From assembly GCA_000934665.2 (NCBI GenBank), contig KZ538443.1, positions 1 to 64,000 of the forward strand: DNA of 64,000 nucleotides, given 5' to 3'. The position numbers were made by a program, and so were the translations under genes. Positions within the stretch are counted from its first letter, which is position 1. Each line of letters begins with the position of its first letter. This document shows, in pieces, positions 36,201 through 46,309 of this stretch. A model generated the notes under the pieces. The model saw nothing but the letters and a program-made list of their open reading frames with translations. It did not search any database and had not been told where the DNA came from. Origin of the DNA: Catajapyx aquilonaris. Its lineage: Eukaryota.

Positions 36201-39200
36201 GAACCCCGTTCCGGCACTCACTCCGACCTTGGCTCCACTCTTCCCCTGAACTGGCTTGAACCTGAACCCCGTTCCGGCGCTCACCTTGGCTCCACTCTCC
36301 CCCGGAACCGGCTTGAACCCGTACCCCGTTCCGACGCTCGCTCCGGACTCCGACTCTACTGCTCCGGAGCGGGTTTGATGTTATCGGGTTCATGGAGCAA
36401 GGGTTCGGTTCAGTTCACAACCCTGTCTCAAATTGAAGGGATCATCAAGAAAAAAACCAAATTGTCCATGTTAGGTATTTTCAATAGTCTGAAGATTGAA
36501 TGTATGCTTGATCTAATGATGTAGTTGATTTTATAAATAAAAATAGTATCCTGGTTTAAATGGGAGGAAGTAGATTCCCTATGCCTGAAAGGGAAGGTAC
36601 AATAATTCAGTGCGGGGGAGGTGTGGTGGCCGTGATGGTAACGTCACGGCTTGCTGAGTGAAAGGCCCCAGGTTTGATCCCCGCCTGGGGAACTTTCCTT
36701 TCACCTGTGTCGGGAGGGTCTCTGACCTGCATCAAGGAGGTGTCTGGCAACCTAACCTCCTGGGGGACTGCACATGGCCCAAAAGCCATAGGACAATGCA
36801 CCTGCACAAGTGTCCCCTCCCCAACAATCCCTTTCCCTACCCTATATCCTAGTATTCCTTGCACGGAGATTGAAGTTAATAGAAAACTGTATGGTGGTCT
36901 GCCACCCCCCGAAAGGCCCATAGAGGGCCATCAAGGGGTACGTAAAAAAAAAAAAATAAAAAAGGTGCATTAGGCTGCAAAGATTATTTAAAATTACTAA
37001 TTCCAAGTAGGAAGCTGTCAGTTTTTTTAAATTTTATGACACACAAGCAAATTCTGTTAGATTACGTCAATGTAACATCTCAGCTTGCTGTGTGAAAGGT
37101 CCCGGGTTCGAACCCCGCCTGGGAGTTCCCTTGCACCTGCGTCAGGAGGGTTTCTGACCCGCGCCTTGGAGGCGTCTGGCAACCTAACCTCCAGGGAGAC
37201 TGCACATGACCGCTTTTCCGTCATTGCACCTGCACCTGTGTCTCCTCCCCAAAAAACCCTTTCCCTACCTCATGTCCTTTAATCCTTGCATGGTGATTGA
37301 AGAAAGAAAGAAAAATACAAAATTTATGGTAAAATGGTGGTATTCCACCCCCCTAAGAGGGCCTCTGCCCCTATCATGGGGTAACATAAAAACAAAACAA
37401 AAGAAACTTCTTATGTCAGTACATTAGTCCAGAAGTATTTAAAGATGATTATGGGGAAAACTGACAACAATCAGAAAGCACTCAGAGTCAGAGAATAGGC
37501 TTAAAACCACCTATCCTGGGCATATTGTGGAATAAATCATGGATACCCCATGATAGGTCCTCTTGGGCCTTTTATGCGGTCATCTTTTAATTAACCGGCT
37601 TTAATCATTGCCTATCATGTGATGGATTTTGATTGTGGGAGGAAATGGGAGAGCCCCAAGAAAACCCATGTGAGCATGGAGAGAACCCATCGAAATTCGA
37701 ACCACATAAGTATCCTCTGTCCAATTGGGGTATCTAACTCTGGACCTCAGAGGTGGAAGTTTGTGGCACTAACCACCCTGGAGGTTAGGTTGCCAGACGC
37801 CTCCCAGGCGCAGGTCAGATACCCTCCTGACGCAGGCGAAACGGAGCTCCTGGGTGGGGATCGAACCAGGAACCTTCCACTCAGGAAGCCAAGTCGTTAC
37901 CGACTTGGCCACCATGCCTCCCCATCCCACCACCAGTTAAAATACATGGCAAGGAAAACACTATCCATGCAATTGCTATATAATGGGTGTGTTTTACATT
38001 ATTTTCTGCTTCCCACTTAATGTAATTTCTCTACATGCTGGGGAGGGTACAAGCCTTTAAATAATCAAATAATCAATGTTTAATGCAGTTCAGAAGGGCC
38101 ATCCTCTGAGAAAAACACATCATCCTAAAAAAGAGAGAATCCAGTATATTGCCCATCTCTTATGTTGATATTATTACACTAATGAGATTAACAATAATCT
38201 AACATTTAATATGTGCATTGGAAGGATAAATTTAGGCTCTATGAGATGGTCATGTTCATTTTAAAGAAATTCAAACATTTCAAATCAAAGATGGCTCCCA
38301 AAACTTTGATTTTGATATTGCTTATTAATGGACCCCTACGATTTCTTTTGAATGCCCCTTAAAATGACAAAGGTAATGTTTACTTCACATTTCCGAAAAA
38401 TCTGGAGAACCGATTTTTGATATTTGCCAACAATAATAACTTTTTTGGTTCCAAACGCATGGACGTCAGTGTAGTCACCTCATTTGGAGGACCATAACTC
38501 GGAGAAGGTCAGGTCAAATCATATATTTTGTATGTGCATTCGAAATGCATTTTTATGCTACAGGAGATGGTCTTACCCAAAATTGAAAAATCAAAAAATA
38601 TATATCAAAGGTATTTTGATTTTGAGATTGATCAATAATCGACCCATACAATTTATTTTGAATGGCACTTAAAATGATAAGTGTAATGTTTACTGGAGAT
38701 TTCCGCAAAATCTTGAGAACAGTTTTTCGATATTAGCTAAATATAACAATATTTTAGGTGCAAGACACGTACTGTAAATGTAGTCACCTAGGCTTTCAAA
38801 ATCGGTATTTCTGACATTCTATGTAGAGTGCTAGTATCAGGCATTCTCAGGATGTGAAGCATGTATTTTTATCAGATTCAATCAGAAATTCATCTCTATC
38901 TGTTCATTGGTTTTTCTAGTACAACCAACTTCTATTGATTCAACCAGAGAATTGCAGTGACGTTACAGTGGGTAAGAATGACTGTCAGTAATGAAATTAA
39001 CAATTAAAGGCTTTTGATGCCATTGCCATTATGTTTGAATTAAAAACAAACTTTTTCCACTTTGGGCATGGACAGTTGGGTGTATTCAATAATATACTGG
39101 ATTCCTACTAGGAGCTGGGTTCAAACACAAGTCTGCATTTGTTTCGTAACATTCTGTGGTGAGGATGATGATTGGAGAGAATGTTTATATAACCCAAATA

Positions 39201-39623
39201 ATTGTAATAACCTAATAATTGTCGCACCTTAATTCTGTCATTACTTTTCTTTTTCAGGAGCTCATGGCTTTAGAAAAAGAGAAATTTGAGATTCAGCGTA
39301 TGCGAGGGACACTCACTTGTTGCCGATGCCAAGGCTACATTACACAGAGCGAGCATGGCTTTTCCCGAGATGTGTCATTCTCACGTGGTCAAAAGCATGC
39401 CCTCTCACCGTATGTGAGTTGCAACATCTTTTGCATTCATACTTGACAATTTGTAACGACACACTGTATATTCCAGAGCTCAATACTTCCTAACAATCAG
39501 TACATGCATTTTAAAATAAAGGGCAAGGAAGATGACGAGTATATCAAGAGAGAGGATAAGTTTTTAAGTGAACGCCAAAAACGTCGTGAAGAGAGAATCA
39601 GCCCTGTTCACAAGAGATTCTAA
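9975..39623 (+). CDS. FBF1: Fas-binding factor 1 / twitchy-like ciliary transition-fibre coiled-coil protein, 14 coding exons, about 896 aa
   Basis: Exons joined with GT-AG and consistent phase: 9975-9986, 13695-13739, 17690-17756, 17833-18656, 18713-18868, 23078-23194, 23291-23397, 23480-23794, 27301-27440, 27510-27757, 33663-33881, 34749-34886, 39258-39413, 39477-39623 (2691 nt, open frame, TAA). N-terminal DDPLAGLLSD motif, disordered region with DWL, long coiled coil (EASASKEAGSHALKEACRLEQEH) and C-terminal KEDDEYIKREDKFL resemble FBF1 from memory. The first three small exons are the least certain. AATAAA at 39680. Confidence 0.75.
10007..11060. mobile_element. piggyBac-like element filled with about 135-bp tandem repeats in opposite orientations
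   Basis: TTAA-CCCTTTG...CAAAGGG-TTAA; repeated unit CCGATTTTCTTGAAATTCGGTGCATTGGTAGCCCACCCCAAGGGATG. Confidence 0.8.
11265..11620 (-). mobile_element. tRNA-derived SINE family D with (TTA)n tail
   Basis: A box TGGTGTAGTGG, B box GGTTCGAATCC; 17-bp TSD TACCAAAATGTAGATAA. Confidence 0.9.
11973..13090 (+). mobile_element. Helitron-like non-autonomous element
   Basis: ACTAGCAGGTTACCTGGCGTTGCCCGGG start; 3' (ACAA)n then TTATATATAGAT. Confidence 0.5.
12251..12531 (+). mobile_element. tRNA-derived SINE family C with V-domain-like core
   Basis: A box TGGCTGAGTGG, B box GAGTTCGATCCC; core GGGTTCTCTCCGTGTTAGCGTGGGTTTTCTTGGGGTTCTCCTGTTTCCTC; 16-bp TSD ACTGCA(T/C)AGCCATGTG. Confidence 0.85.
13326..13574. 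mobile_element. MITE with GAG termini and 4-bp TSD (Sola2-like)
   Basis: ATTT-GAGGGGTGCTCTTCCATAA...TTATGGAAGAGCACCCCTC-ATTT. Confidence 0.7.
14149..15372 (+). pseudogene. Degenerate mariner transposase element
   Basis: Frameshifted CDS about 14287-15306: MVKIEYR..IKFL, IVTGDET, FEELDHSPY, GDYIEK*; inverted flanks; right end CCTCG-TA. Confidence 0.85.
15400..16500 (+). pseudogene. 3' fragment of a non-LTR retrotransposon ORF (CCHC knuckle), interrupted by a SINE
   Basis: Removing the SINE restores CDLCNMEQLQSLHHIIFTCPIF (CX2CX8HX4C). Confidence 0.6.
16005..16345 (-). mobile_element. SINE family A copy
   Basis: Homologous to 4079-4415; imperfect TSD GCCTCC(C/A)CC. Confidence 0.85.
16790..17405. 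mobile_element. PIF/Harbinger-like MITE interrupted by piggyBac-like MITE P1 (16888-17347)
   Basis: TTA TSD, TIR AGGT(G/A)CGTTTAC; uninterrupted copy at 58203-58356; inner element has a TTAA TSD. Confidence 0.85.
17833..18656 (+). CDS. FBF1: FBF1-like exon 4 (large, low-complexity/disordered)
   Basis: ttgcag acceptor, 282-aa ORF 17853-18701, donor CTT|gtaagg. Confidence 0.8.
19068..19429 (-). mobile_element. SINE family A copy
   Basis: 14-bp TSD TGGATCATAGATAT; A and B boxes present. Confidence 0.9.
19541..20226 (+). mobile_element. Internally deleted Tc1/mariner element (rosa/maT-like, long TIRs)
   Basis: TA TSD, TIRs of about 115 bp starting CAGGGTGTCC; fragments SAEEKAWCV, IIFQQ.G.PPH, WPPRSPDLTPSDFFLWGYIKD. 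Confidence 0.85.
21309..22012 (+). pseudogene. Deleted mariner element (C-terminal transposase)
   Basis: FGWECLAYPPY..LPPSDFHMFPSLKK...KCLNIEGEYVE*; TA-flanked TIRs (T/C)GAGGG. Confidence 0.8.
22467..22709. mobile_element. MITE with AATT flanks
   Basis: TIR of about 35 bp, GAAC(C/T)CCTCCCTCGAAGAAGGGTGTATGT. Confidence 0.7.
23078..23794 (+). CDS. FBF1: FBF1-like exons 6-8 (23078-23194, 23291-23397, 23480-23794), start of coiled coil
   Basis: Heptad-rich ORFs 23099-23479 and 23496-23798, split by short GT-AG introns with matching phases. Confidence 0.85.
24085..24578 (-). mobile_element. SINE family B copy with about 170-bp (TTA/TTG)n tail
   Basis: 19-bp TSD CACTGCA(C/A)CATAAGCTAGT. Confidence 0.9.
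24927..26544. repeat. Foldback element with internal tandem units; ends related to 8187-9120
   Basis: TTAGTCC(A/G)GGTGCTAA ends; GATGTGGGGCCACGATGACCCAC units in both orientations. Confidence 0.75.
25268..25911. mobile_element. hAT (Charlie/Buster-like) MITE
   Basis: TIR CAGCAGTTCTCAAC; 8-bp TSD GCATAGAC. Confidence 0.9.
26615..27106. mobile_element. PIF/Harbinger-like MITE
   Basis: TAA TSD; TIR GGGCCATATTTTCAACGTCCT. Confidence 0.85.
27301..27757 (+). CDS. FBF1: FBF1-like exons 9-10 (27301-27440, 27510-27757)
   Basis: Coiled-coil translation RTVDQMVETIGQQ...EEREASLKTKEQEIQ / SLQYLQGQQQLLDKEK...AYAE; canonical splice sites. Confidence 0.85.
28664..30444 (-). mobile_element. Tc1 (DD34E) transposon with degraded transposase, about 30070-29124
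   Basis: TA TSD; inverted ends of about 90 bp starting CAACCCTATTGCAAAAGTTTTGGG; ISDESKF, WPPNSPDLNPIESVW, AVIAAKGDATRF*; TATA-like box upstream of ATG. Confidence 0.9.
28868..29089. mobile_element. Small MITE with internal (CCTAA)n
   Basis: TIR CTTACTGGC/GCCAGTAAG; CTAACCTAACCTAACC near 28979. Confidence 0.6.
31019..31174. mobile_element. hAT-like MITE spanning an assembly gap
   Basis: CAGTGG(T/C)GGATCTA TIRs; TSD ATAATA(G/A)G; Ns at 31057-31147. Confidence 0.7.
31451..31656. mobile_element. Tc1/mariner-type MITE
   Basis: TA-CAG(A/T)GTGT(T/C)TCAAC ends; largely palindromic. Confidence 0.75.
31736..33523. repeat. Large foldback element with near-identical arms of about 460 bp
   Basis: 31736-32197 is the reverse complement of 33053-33523; mirror ORFs in the track differ by one residue each. 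Confidence 0.9.
33663..33881 (+). CDS. FBF1: FBF1-like exon 11
   Basis: tttag acceptor, E/K-rich coiled coil, donor GAG|gtatgg. Confidence 0.85.
34109..34454 (+). mobile_element. SINE family B copy
   Basis: B box GGTTCGATCCC; 13-bp TSD TATAGTGGTTTGC. Confidence 0.9.
34749..34886 (+). CDS. FBF1: FBF1-like exon 12
   Basis: tttacag acceptor, EASASKEAGSHALKEA..., donor AAG|gtcagt. Confidence 0.85.
34933..35178. mobile_element. MITE with GAG termini and ATTT TSD (Sola2-like)
   Basis: TIR GAGGC(C/G)CTTAGAACAAAAGTGGCCCAAGTCCA. Confidence 0.75.
35241..36425. mobile_element. hAT-type near-complete palindrome with GAACC subterminal repeats and a central minisatellite of about 30 bp
   Basis: CAGGGTTGTGAAC ends; 8-bp TSD TCTC(C/A)AAT. 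Confidence 0.9.
36614..36963 (+). mobile_element. SINE family A copy
   Basis: Full head, body and A tail. Confidence 0.9.
37072..37403 (+). mobile_element. SINE family A copy, 5'-truncated
   Basis: Begins after the A box; B box GGTTCGAACCC. Confidence 0.85.
37530..37924 (-). mobile_element. Chimeric SINE (family A 5' part + family C body and tail)
   Basis: Junction near 37778: ...GGCAACCTAACCTCCAG|GGTGGTTAGTGCCAC... Confidence 0.75.
38302..38790. repeat. Diverged direct repeat (period about 310 bp)
   Basis: TTTGATTTTGA..TGAATG.C.CTTAAAATGA..GTAATGTTTAC..TGTAGTCACCT occurs twice. Confidence 0.65.
39258..39623 (+). CDS. FBF1: FBF1-like terminal exons 13-14 (39258-39413, 39477-39623)
   Basis: ELMALEKEKFEIQRMRGTLTCCRC...; last exon SSILPNNQYMHFKIKGKEDDEYIKREDKFLSERQK...RF*; AATAAA about 57 nt downstream. 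Confidence 0.8.
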
Positions 39624-40195
39624 AAACCCATCCACAGTTTGAATCAATTCACTGTGGTAATTTATAGTTAACAGTTCAAAATAAAATACATATGTTTTTA
39701 CAAGAAATTTTGGTCATTAATTTACTCTGCAAACAGTTTGAATGGCAGCATTAGCTAAAACTCAGCATTTTTGAAGTGTTTCCTTTATATGGTTTCCTTT
39801 TTTTAAAATTGAGAAGCAAAAATTTTCAAGTCAGATAATATTGCACTATTTCAGTGACGTATTCCGAAGAGGGTGAGTTAGAATGACACAAATGAGAAAA
39901 TTCATATTTTTTATTAAGTATCCTGACATGGGCACTATGTACAATACTGTAAATAATTGGATACCCCATGATAGCCCTACTGGTCCTTTTAGGGGCAGTG
40001 CTTCCCAAACTGTGTGTCGCGACCCCATTCGGGGTCGCCAACAGAATATTTAGGGTCGTGAGGGAGGGTAACAAATTGTTTTTGCAAAATAATTCTACAG
40101 GGTGTCCCTTACTTGTGGCCCTTCCGTTCGGCAGTGCACTCATTGGCCCAAAACAAGTTGTAAATGTAGGGAGGAGAAATGTCAAGGCAGTAACC

Positions 40196-40472
40196 GGTAA
40201 CGAGATAAACGATGATCAATATGAGGTCGCCCCTAATACAAACGCGGCCACCCACCCACCGGCTTTTGTGCGGGAGGAGCGGCAATCGGTTTGACGCCCT
40301 CACGTGTAGGGGTTGCCTAGGGGGCAGGATATGAACCCGACATTGCGCCCTGAGCACGAGACGACCTTGCTAAAGCCATTGGCGCTCCTCCCGCACAAAA
40401 GCCGGTGGGTGGGTGGGTGGCTGCGATTGTCTTAGGGGCGACCTCATCTTGATCATCGTTTATCTCGTTACC
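40196..40472. mobile_element. MITE with TIRs of about 85 bp, unclassified
   Basis: GGTAACGAGATAAACGATGATCAA... inverted. Confidence 0.75.
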
Positions 40473-40968
40473 TGCGTGTCCAAAGCGAGTCCAAAAAAGC
40501 TCTTTGTCAAGGGTGTTGGACAGAGTGGGTTTGAGAGCTGCAGAATACAACATGAGCAAGCCACATGCACATTGAGAGTACTTCTTACACACGTTCCTTC
40601 CCCGACAAGGGGTTAACCACTTCGGTACTCCAGTGTACACCTGCAATGGTACTTCCAGGTACTCCTTAAGTACTTTACTCTTTGGTACTCCTTGAATTTG
40701 GTATTCCAGTGTACACTTTAGAGTCGAGTGGTTAACCCCTTGTCTAAGGTTGTTCCCAGACTAAAAAATGACGTACATTAGTTAGGATATGTGTTAAAGT
40801 TTCTAGTGCCCACACTCCTCTGTTGCATGGAGGTAAACTGGAACACAGCCGATTTGTAGTGTCATGAGTCCTCTCCTTTGTCCCAGAGTATTGGTTGAAA
40901 CAAAAATTCAGGGTCGTAAATTCGATAAGTTTGGTATATTTCTGTAATTTTGTGGTGTGACTTCGGAC

Positions 40969-41235
40969 ATGGGTAGGAAGTACATCGGGGTTGTAGGGGG
41001 GAGGTCTTACCAACACTACAGGACTGAGGACCTTGAATGGGCTGTACCCATGAAATGCCAAGTTTTACATCAGGGCAGCAAAAAAGCAGCACAAAAGTAC
41101 CAGGTCCCATACAGCACCATTTCGGACATGGTCCGAAACAAACATGCAAAGAAACATGAAGGGCAACCTGTATTAGCTTTTGAGTAGGAAAAGAAACCCA
41201 GTGTAGGGTTAGTCCGCTATGTTGAGTGGGCATCA
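40969..41235 (+). pseudogene. pogo/Tigger-family transposase N-terminal HTH fragment
   Basis: MGRKY...Y.TEDLEWAV...KAAQKYQVPYSTISD...KH..GQPVL. Confidence 0.55.
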
Positions 41236-43479
41236 AGAAACAAGTTATTTCAGGTCAAATTCATGTGCAAAAAAATATTGCCGAAAGAAACAACTAAAAT
41301 ATTTTTCTTTCACGAACAATCATCATCAACATCGGGACACCTAGGTGTCCAGATGTTGATGATGAATGTCTTGTGGTGACAGGTTGTTGCAAATTAGCAA
41401 TGATCCATCCCAGACCTTTGCAGAGGCTGTTGTATTTTTAGTACTATCAATGATGCTCATGTGGAATGAACATACCAATACAGGTGTTCATATCTGTTGT
41501 ATAAAATATGCCCCTTGTGGGATACAGTAGGTACCGGTACCGTACCAACACCATTTGAGGAGCGGCAAAGCAAAACCCGCAAGATCCAATGTTGGCGGGA
41601 AACGAGTTAGGCATGGCATATTGTCCATCACGTAGGGCGTCATGCGGTGTTAAAAGCTGGTCGGGCAAAATGTGTTAGTTCCATAGTATATGAGCCCAAA
41701 AACTGTTGATTCAAGCAAATACCGCAAGATCCAGCAGCATAGTGCAAGCAAAACCAGCAAGATCTATAGAAAAGTTTGTGATGGATCTTGCGGGTTTTGC
41801 TTTGCTGCTCTTCATTTGTTTGGAGATGACCTTTGTGAGTTTTTAAAAACATTCTTACATGTCTGAGGCTACACCATTAATGTGTGGACTTGTCCTACAA
41901 TGTGAAATTAAGGGGCTTCCCAAGATACCCCACCTGGTGGGGTGACTCCAGACAGCAAATTTTATTTAAACATCAAAAAACAACTTTTATGTGAATAACT
42001 GTTATGTTCTTCAATAAAGGACATTTCCTACTGTCTAAGTTAATTTATTCAGAATTTTCCACCAATATGACTTCAGGAGACAGCTGAGAAACTGCCATAA
42101 AGCGTCCGAAGTTGCACCATTCTACGGTATCTGCTGTTCACAATCTTAGCATGCCATACACCTCCATCGCGGTTTTATTCAAACGGAAGCAATAGCTCAA
42201 TGCTGAATTTTGGTCTTTACCACCGACCTCCTTGCAGAGCGAAGGGGAATGTGAACCTAACTCTACTTCCTGTGTCACCGTCGCTGGGATCATGGAATAT
42301 TCGAACAAAACTTGGTGTTCTAATACCCATTCTAGACACGATGCCATTCACTGCGAGTCATGAACTAATTATCTTTGTCACAAAAAAATCAGTCTCAATT
42401 TCTTTTCACTGGCCATCATACTTTTAACTTATTTTTGCCTCTCCTGTAAAATTTATAAAATTGTCTATTCGCACTTTCTCCTTAATGCCGACGATATGTT
42501 GGTCACCTCCCTATGCTGGAATTTTCCTTGGAATTGTCAGTGTTCAACATCGAGAGCTATAGGTTTCACTGAACTTGAATGCTGTGAACTTTACTATAAG
42601 GAGAAAGGTCGTATACTCACTCGTCAGGGACCTACCACTGAGTCTTGGAAGACTGGCGTATACAATTTCTTAGTCGATAAACCTAATGGACCATCAATAA
42701 CTGGCATAAGTCAGATTGGAAAATTACCAAGAGTACTGGCTCCCCTACGCACAGTGGTCTGCAGACCCCTTTTAAGTGGACAAACGTCTAGAAGACGCAA
42801 ATAAATTGCTTAATCTTCAGAAAATTCGGGATTAACGGGTTTTGTCAGTCGCAGAATTCAAATCCGCTGTTAGAATTGAAAAATTCAAAATGGCGGATCC
42901 AACATGGCTGCCAGCTGAATCCCAGGGGTCTGAAATGGCGATTTAACACGACGAAAGTGATTGCCTCACGAAATCTGCGCAGTTCACTGAAAAACAATGT
43001 TGTTATAGGATGGCTAGTTGTAAGATGTACGAAAACTTGAAATATGTGCTAAAGCGGTCTGTGGTGCCAACGTTCTTAGGTATACTTCCGGAATATGAGA
43101 GGGAAACAATTTGAACGAAAGAATTTCCCAAATGTATCATGAATAATGTTGCATATAATGCAGAATCATCTCGTTCCAAAATAAATAAATAAATAAATAA
43201 ATACACCCTCAATACAAAATTAACTACAAAAGATGTCTATAATAGTACATTACAAGACAATAGAGGAATAACAAATAAAATAAAATCGGTAAGCGTCAAA
43301 ATTTCAAACAAAAGAAAAGACGAATCACATTAACAATAATAATGCTCATACACAGTTCATAGGAAATATAACAATTCCGTTTCAGAAACACCTATTACAT
43401 ATAGACTCCCTCGACAATAACAAAATGATATAAATAAATCCTGCCACCGGCAGCGGTGCCTATACTGACTGATCAGATG

Positions 43480-43720
43480 CACCTGTAAGAACCTGACTGT
43501 GAGCACAGCGCGAACGTATTAGCGAGAGGGTCACCGGTGCACGTTTGAACATGTCCGGCCGCCCAGCTACTTAGGCGCAAGTGGGCGCGAATTTTGTTTG
43601 TCCAGGTGTGTTCAGTAGACATTAGGGTATGTTATTATCACGGCGGGAGGGTGGTGCCACGTGGTGCCATTCTTGCAGCGCACGCCTAAGTTGAGCTCGA
43701 CGCATTTGGCGCATCTCATA
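43480..43720 (+). promoter_or_regulatory. Candidate TXNL1 promoter / non-coding first exon
   Basis: CpG-rich patch with donor AGG|GTATGT at 43627. The ATG-bearing exon starts at an acceptor (tttcag|47444), so an upstream exon is implied. Confidence 0.35.
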
Positions 43721-45854
43721 CAAAGTTTCTGAATTGTGACGTCAAGGGGACACTCAGCGTATGCATGGCATTTTTTTACTGTGAAAACAAAGTTGAACCA
43801 ACACTCGACCCACATGATTGAATCGCTTAAGTATTTTGTTCCTTCATGATCAGTCTTTCCGCTAAGGCCTAAACTTTGACACTTTTGAGGGCTTTTGTGA
43901 GAGGCTGTTTGAGATGGCATACTCTGTCGATACTACAAATAATTTGCAATAACTCATCAGTGTTCTGAAATCTCTTGACATCTGTCTATCAAAGTAAGTT
44001 GTCAGAACTAACGTCCGCAACAATGTAAAATTCGACTGTTGTCGTGTTAAATCGCAATTTCATACCACTGTGCTACGTGGTGTTGAATCTGAGGCATAGG
44101 GAAATGTAAGCCATGATGATACATATTTAGGCTACTATTTAGACTCCATCAGCAGAAACCCCGCTGCCACCGCGGCAGAAACTGACTTTGAATTGTGCGG
44201 CATATAATACCCTACTACCCGCATGTCCATACACATCTGCATGACCTACTGCCTAGTAAGTGTCTACTGTTCTAGGCAGTTCTAGGATATAGTTGACTCC
44301 TGATTTGGATAAGTTCAGACCACGGTCTTGTTCAGACTGGTTTTCCGACTTGTTCAGACTCCTGTCAGCTCCGGTCATGTTGCAGCGGGCATTTGCAGAA
44401 CTATTATGTGAGGATGGGATGGGGGAGGGGTGGGGAAGGGCGAAGTAGGGCATGTCTGGGTAGGTGGCGCTGTTTGGAAGATTGGAACGTTAGTTTGCGA
44501 AGGTGCCGACTGGAGCTCCGTGGTGTACGTGTGGCTTGATTGTTGCTTTGAGGTTTGAGATTGAGGTAGGAACTGGTGAGTATGTCTCTTTAGAACTTCT
44601 AGAGCAATGCTGCTACTTCGTTTCGCACTGCATACGATGTGTGTGCGGTTTAATTAGTCATGGGAAAGATGTAGGGCTGTGTTATGGGCCAGAAGAATCA
44701 TGCTTAGTCATGGTGTTGAGTTTGCTCTTGTCAGTCTGTTAAATCTGGAGTGCTTAGAAAATTGTAGAACCACTACCGGAGGAGCTGTGATTCGAGAACA
44801 TGCGACAGTCATTTTAAATCGTGGCATGTTATCAACTGTGCCGTTTCAGGCTGAGAATCTGGTAGTGGCAAGAAGTTGCTACTGTTTAGGTATGGGCATC
44901 TGGTACAACAGCCCAAATTCCTGAAAGGTCACCAGATACTAGTAATGTTATGAGCGAAAATAAAAGTTCAGGTCTGGTTTTGTGTATTGGGAGACGAAGG
45001 CCATGAGGCATAAGTGGTCTTCAAGTATAACTTTCGATATGGTACAGCAGTATTCTAGTAGTAACTACCGATATCTCCCCAGCATTCCAGGGAATTGTGG
45101 ATGTTTCAATGACTGGCGTCCCATAGTTTTGCTTGGTGTAGTACATGTTTGGTTGCATGAATGAAACTGAATCATACCAGGTGTTGCAATATTGGTTACA
45201 CATTGTGCATGCTCTATGTTGGAGTCATCAGAGAAGTTCAAGTAACTAGTTGAAGACCTCGGAGGAAGAACAATCAAGGTCCACCTCATGTGAAACAGAT
45301 ATTGCAATATCAAATTTTGAAGGCCCTATTCATAGTTTTAATATGAATTTTTGTATATGTACTGTATATATGTACATTGTCCAAGTGTTTATGTGTCTGC
45401 ATGTATATTCATGTCATGCTTTTCATTATCATCCTATCCATTATATCCTCTGCGTGGCCTGACCAGTCACCAGAGGATTCATTAAACTGGTCATACAGGA
45501 TGGCCAGGTGGATTGTTCCTGGTCATCGCTGGTAACCCCATCTTGAGAATATGCAGTGAGTGTAATGAATGAATGAAAAAATGAAGACCCTATTCTATTG
45601 TAAATCCCACTTTCGGGGCCTTTCATATAGGACTATGATCATTATTCCACAACCACGACCAAACCATCATATTCTACGCTAGTGAAACTATCTTCTGAGA
45701 TAGGTAACTCATTTTTGACAAGAAGTGACTCTTGATCGTTCTTCCCCCGAGATCTTCAGTTAGTATGCATATGGGAAAATGTGCAATAAGTAGTGCAGAG
45801 TTGTTCCATTTCATGTTGATTTAGCTTATACTTCAAATTGTGGCTGCAATTAAT

Positions 45855-46197
45855 TTTTTGTTTTTTTTCACACCCCTTGATGGCCCTCTATGGGCCTTTC
45901 GGGGGGTGGCAGACCACCATACAGTTTTCTATTTAACTTCAATCTCCGTGCAAGGACTGGTTCAGGATATAGGGTAGGGAAAGGGATTGTTGGGGAGGGG
46001 ACACTTGTGCAGGTGCATTGTCTAGGCTTTTGGGCCATGTGCAGTCCCCCAGGAGGTTAGGTTGCCAGACACCTCCTTGGTGCAGGTCAGAGACCCTCCC
46101 GACGCAGGTGAAAGGAAGTTCCCCAGGCGGGGATCGAACCTGGGGCCTTTCACTCAGCAAGCCGAGACGTTACCATCTCGGCCACCACACCTCCCCC
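45855..46197 (-). mobile_element. SINE family A copy
   Basis: 12-bp TSD GCTGCAATTAAT. Confidence 0.9.
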
Positions 46198-46309
46198 GCT
46201 GCAATTAATATATGAGATTGCCTTGTGTCTGGGGCATAAAAGTCTTGTTTCCTTTTCGTCCCATTAAAACCTAATCAATTTCTGACGATATATTTTCATC
46301 AAGTTTTCT

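Noticed and set aside
44230..45320. Possible decayed retroelement ORF
   Set aside because: Composition is suggestive, but no diagnostic motif could be read
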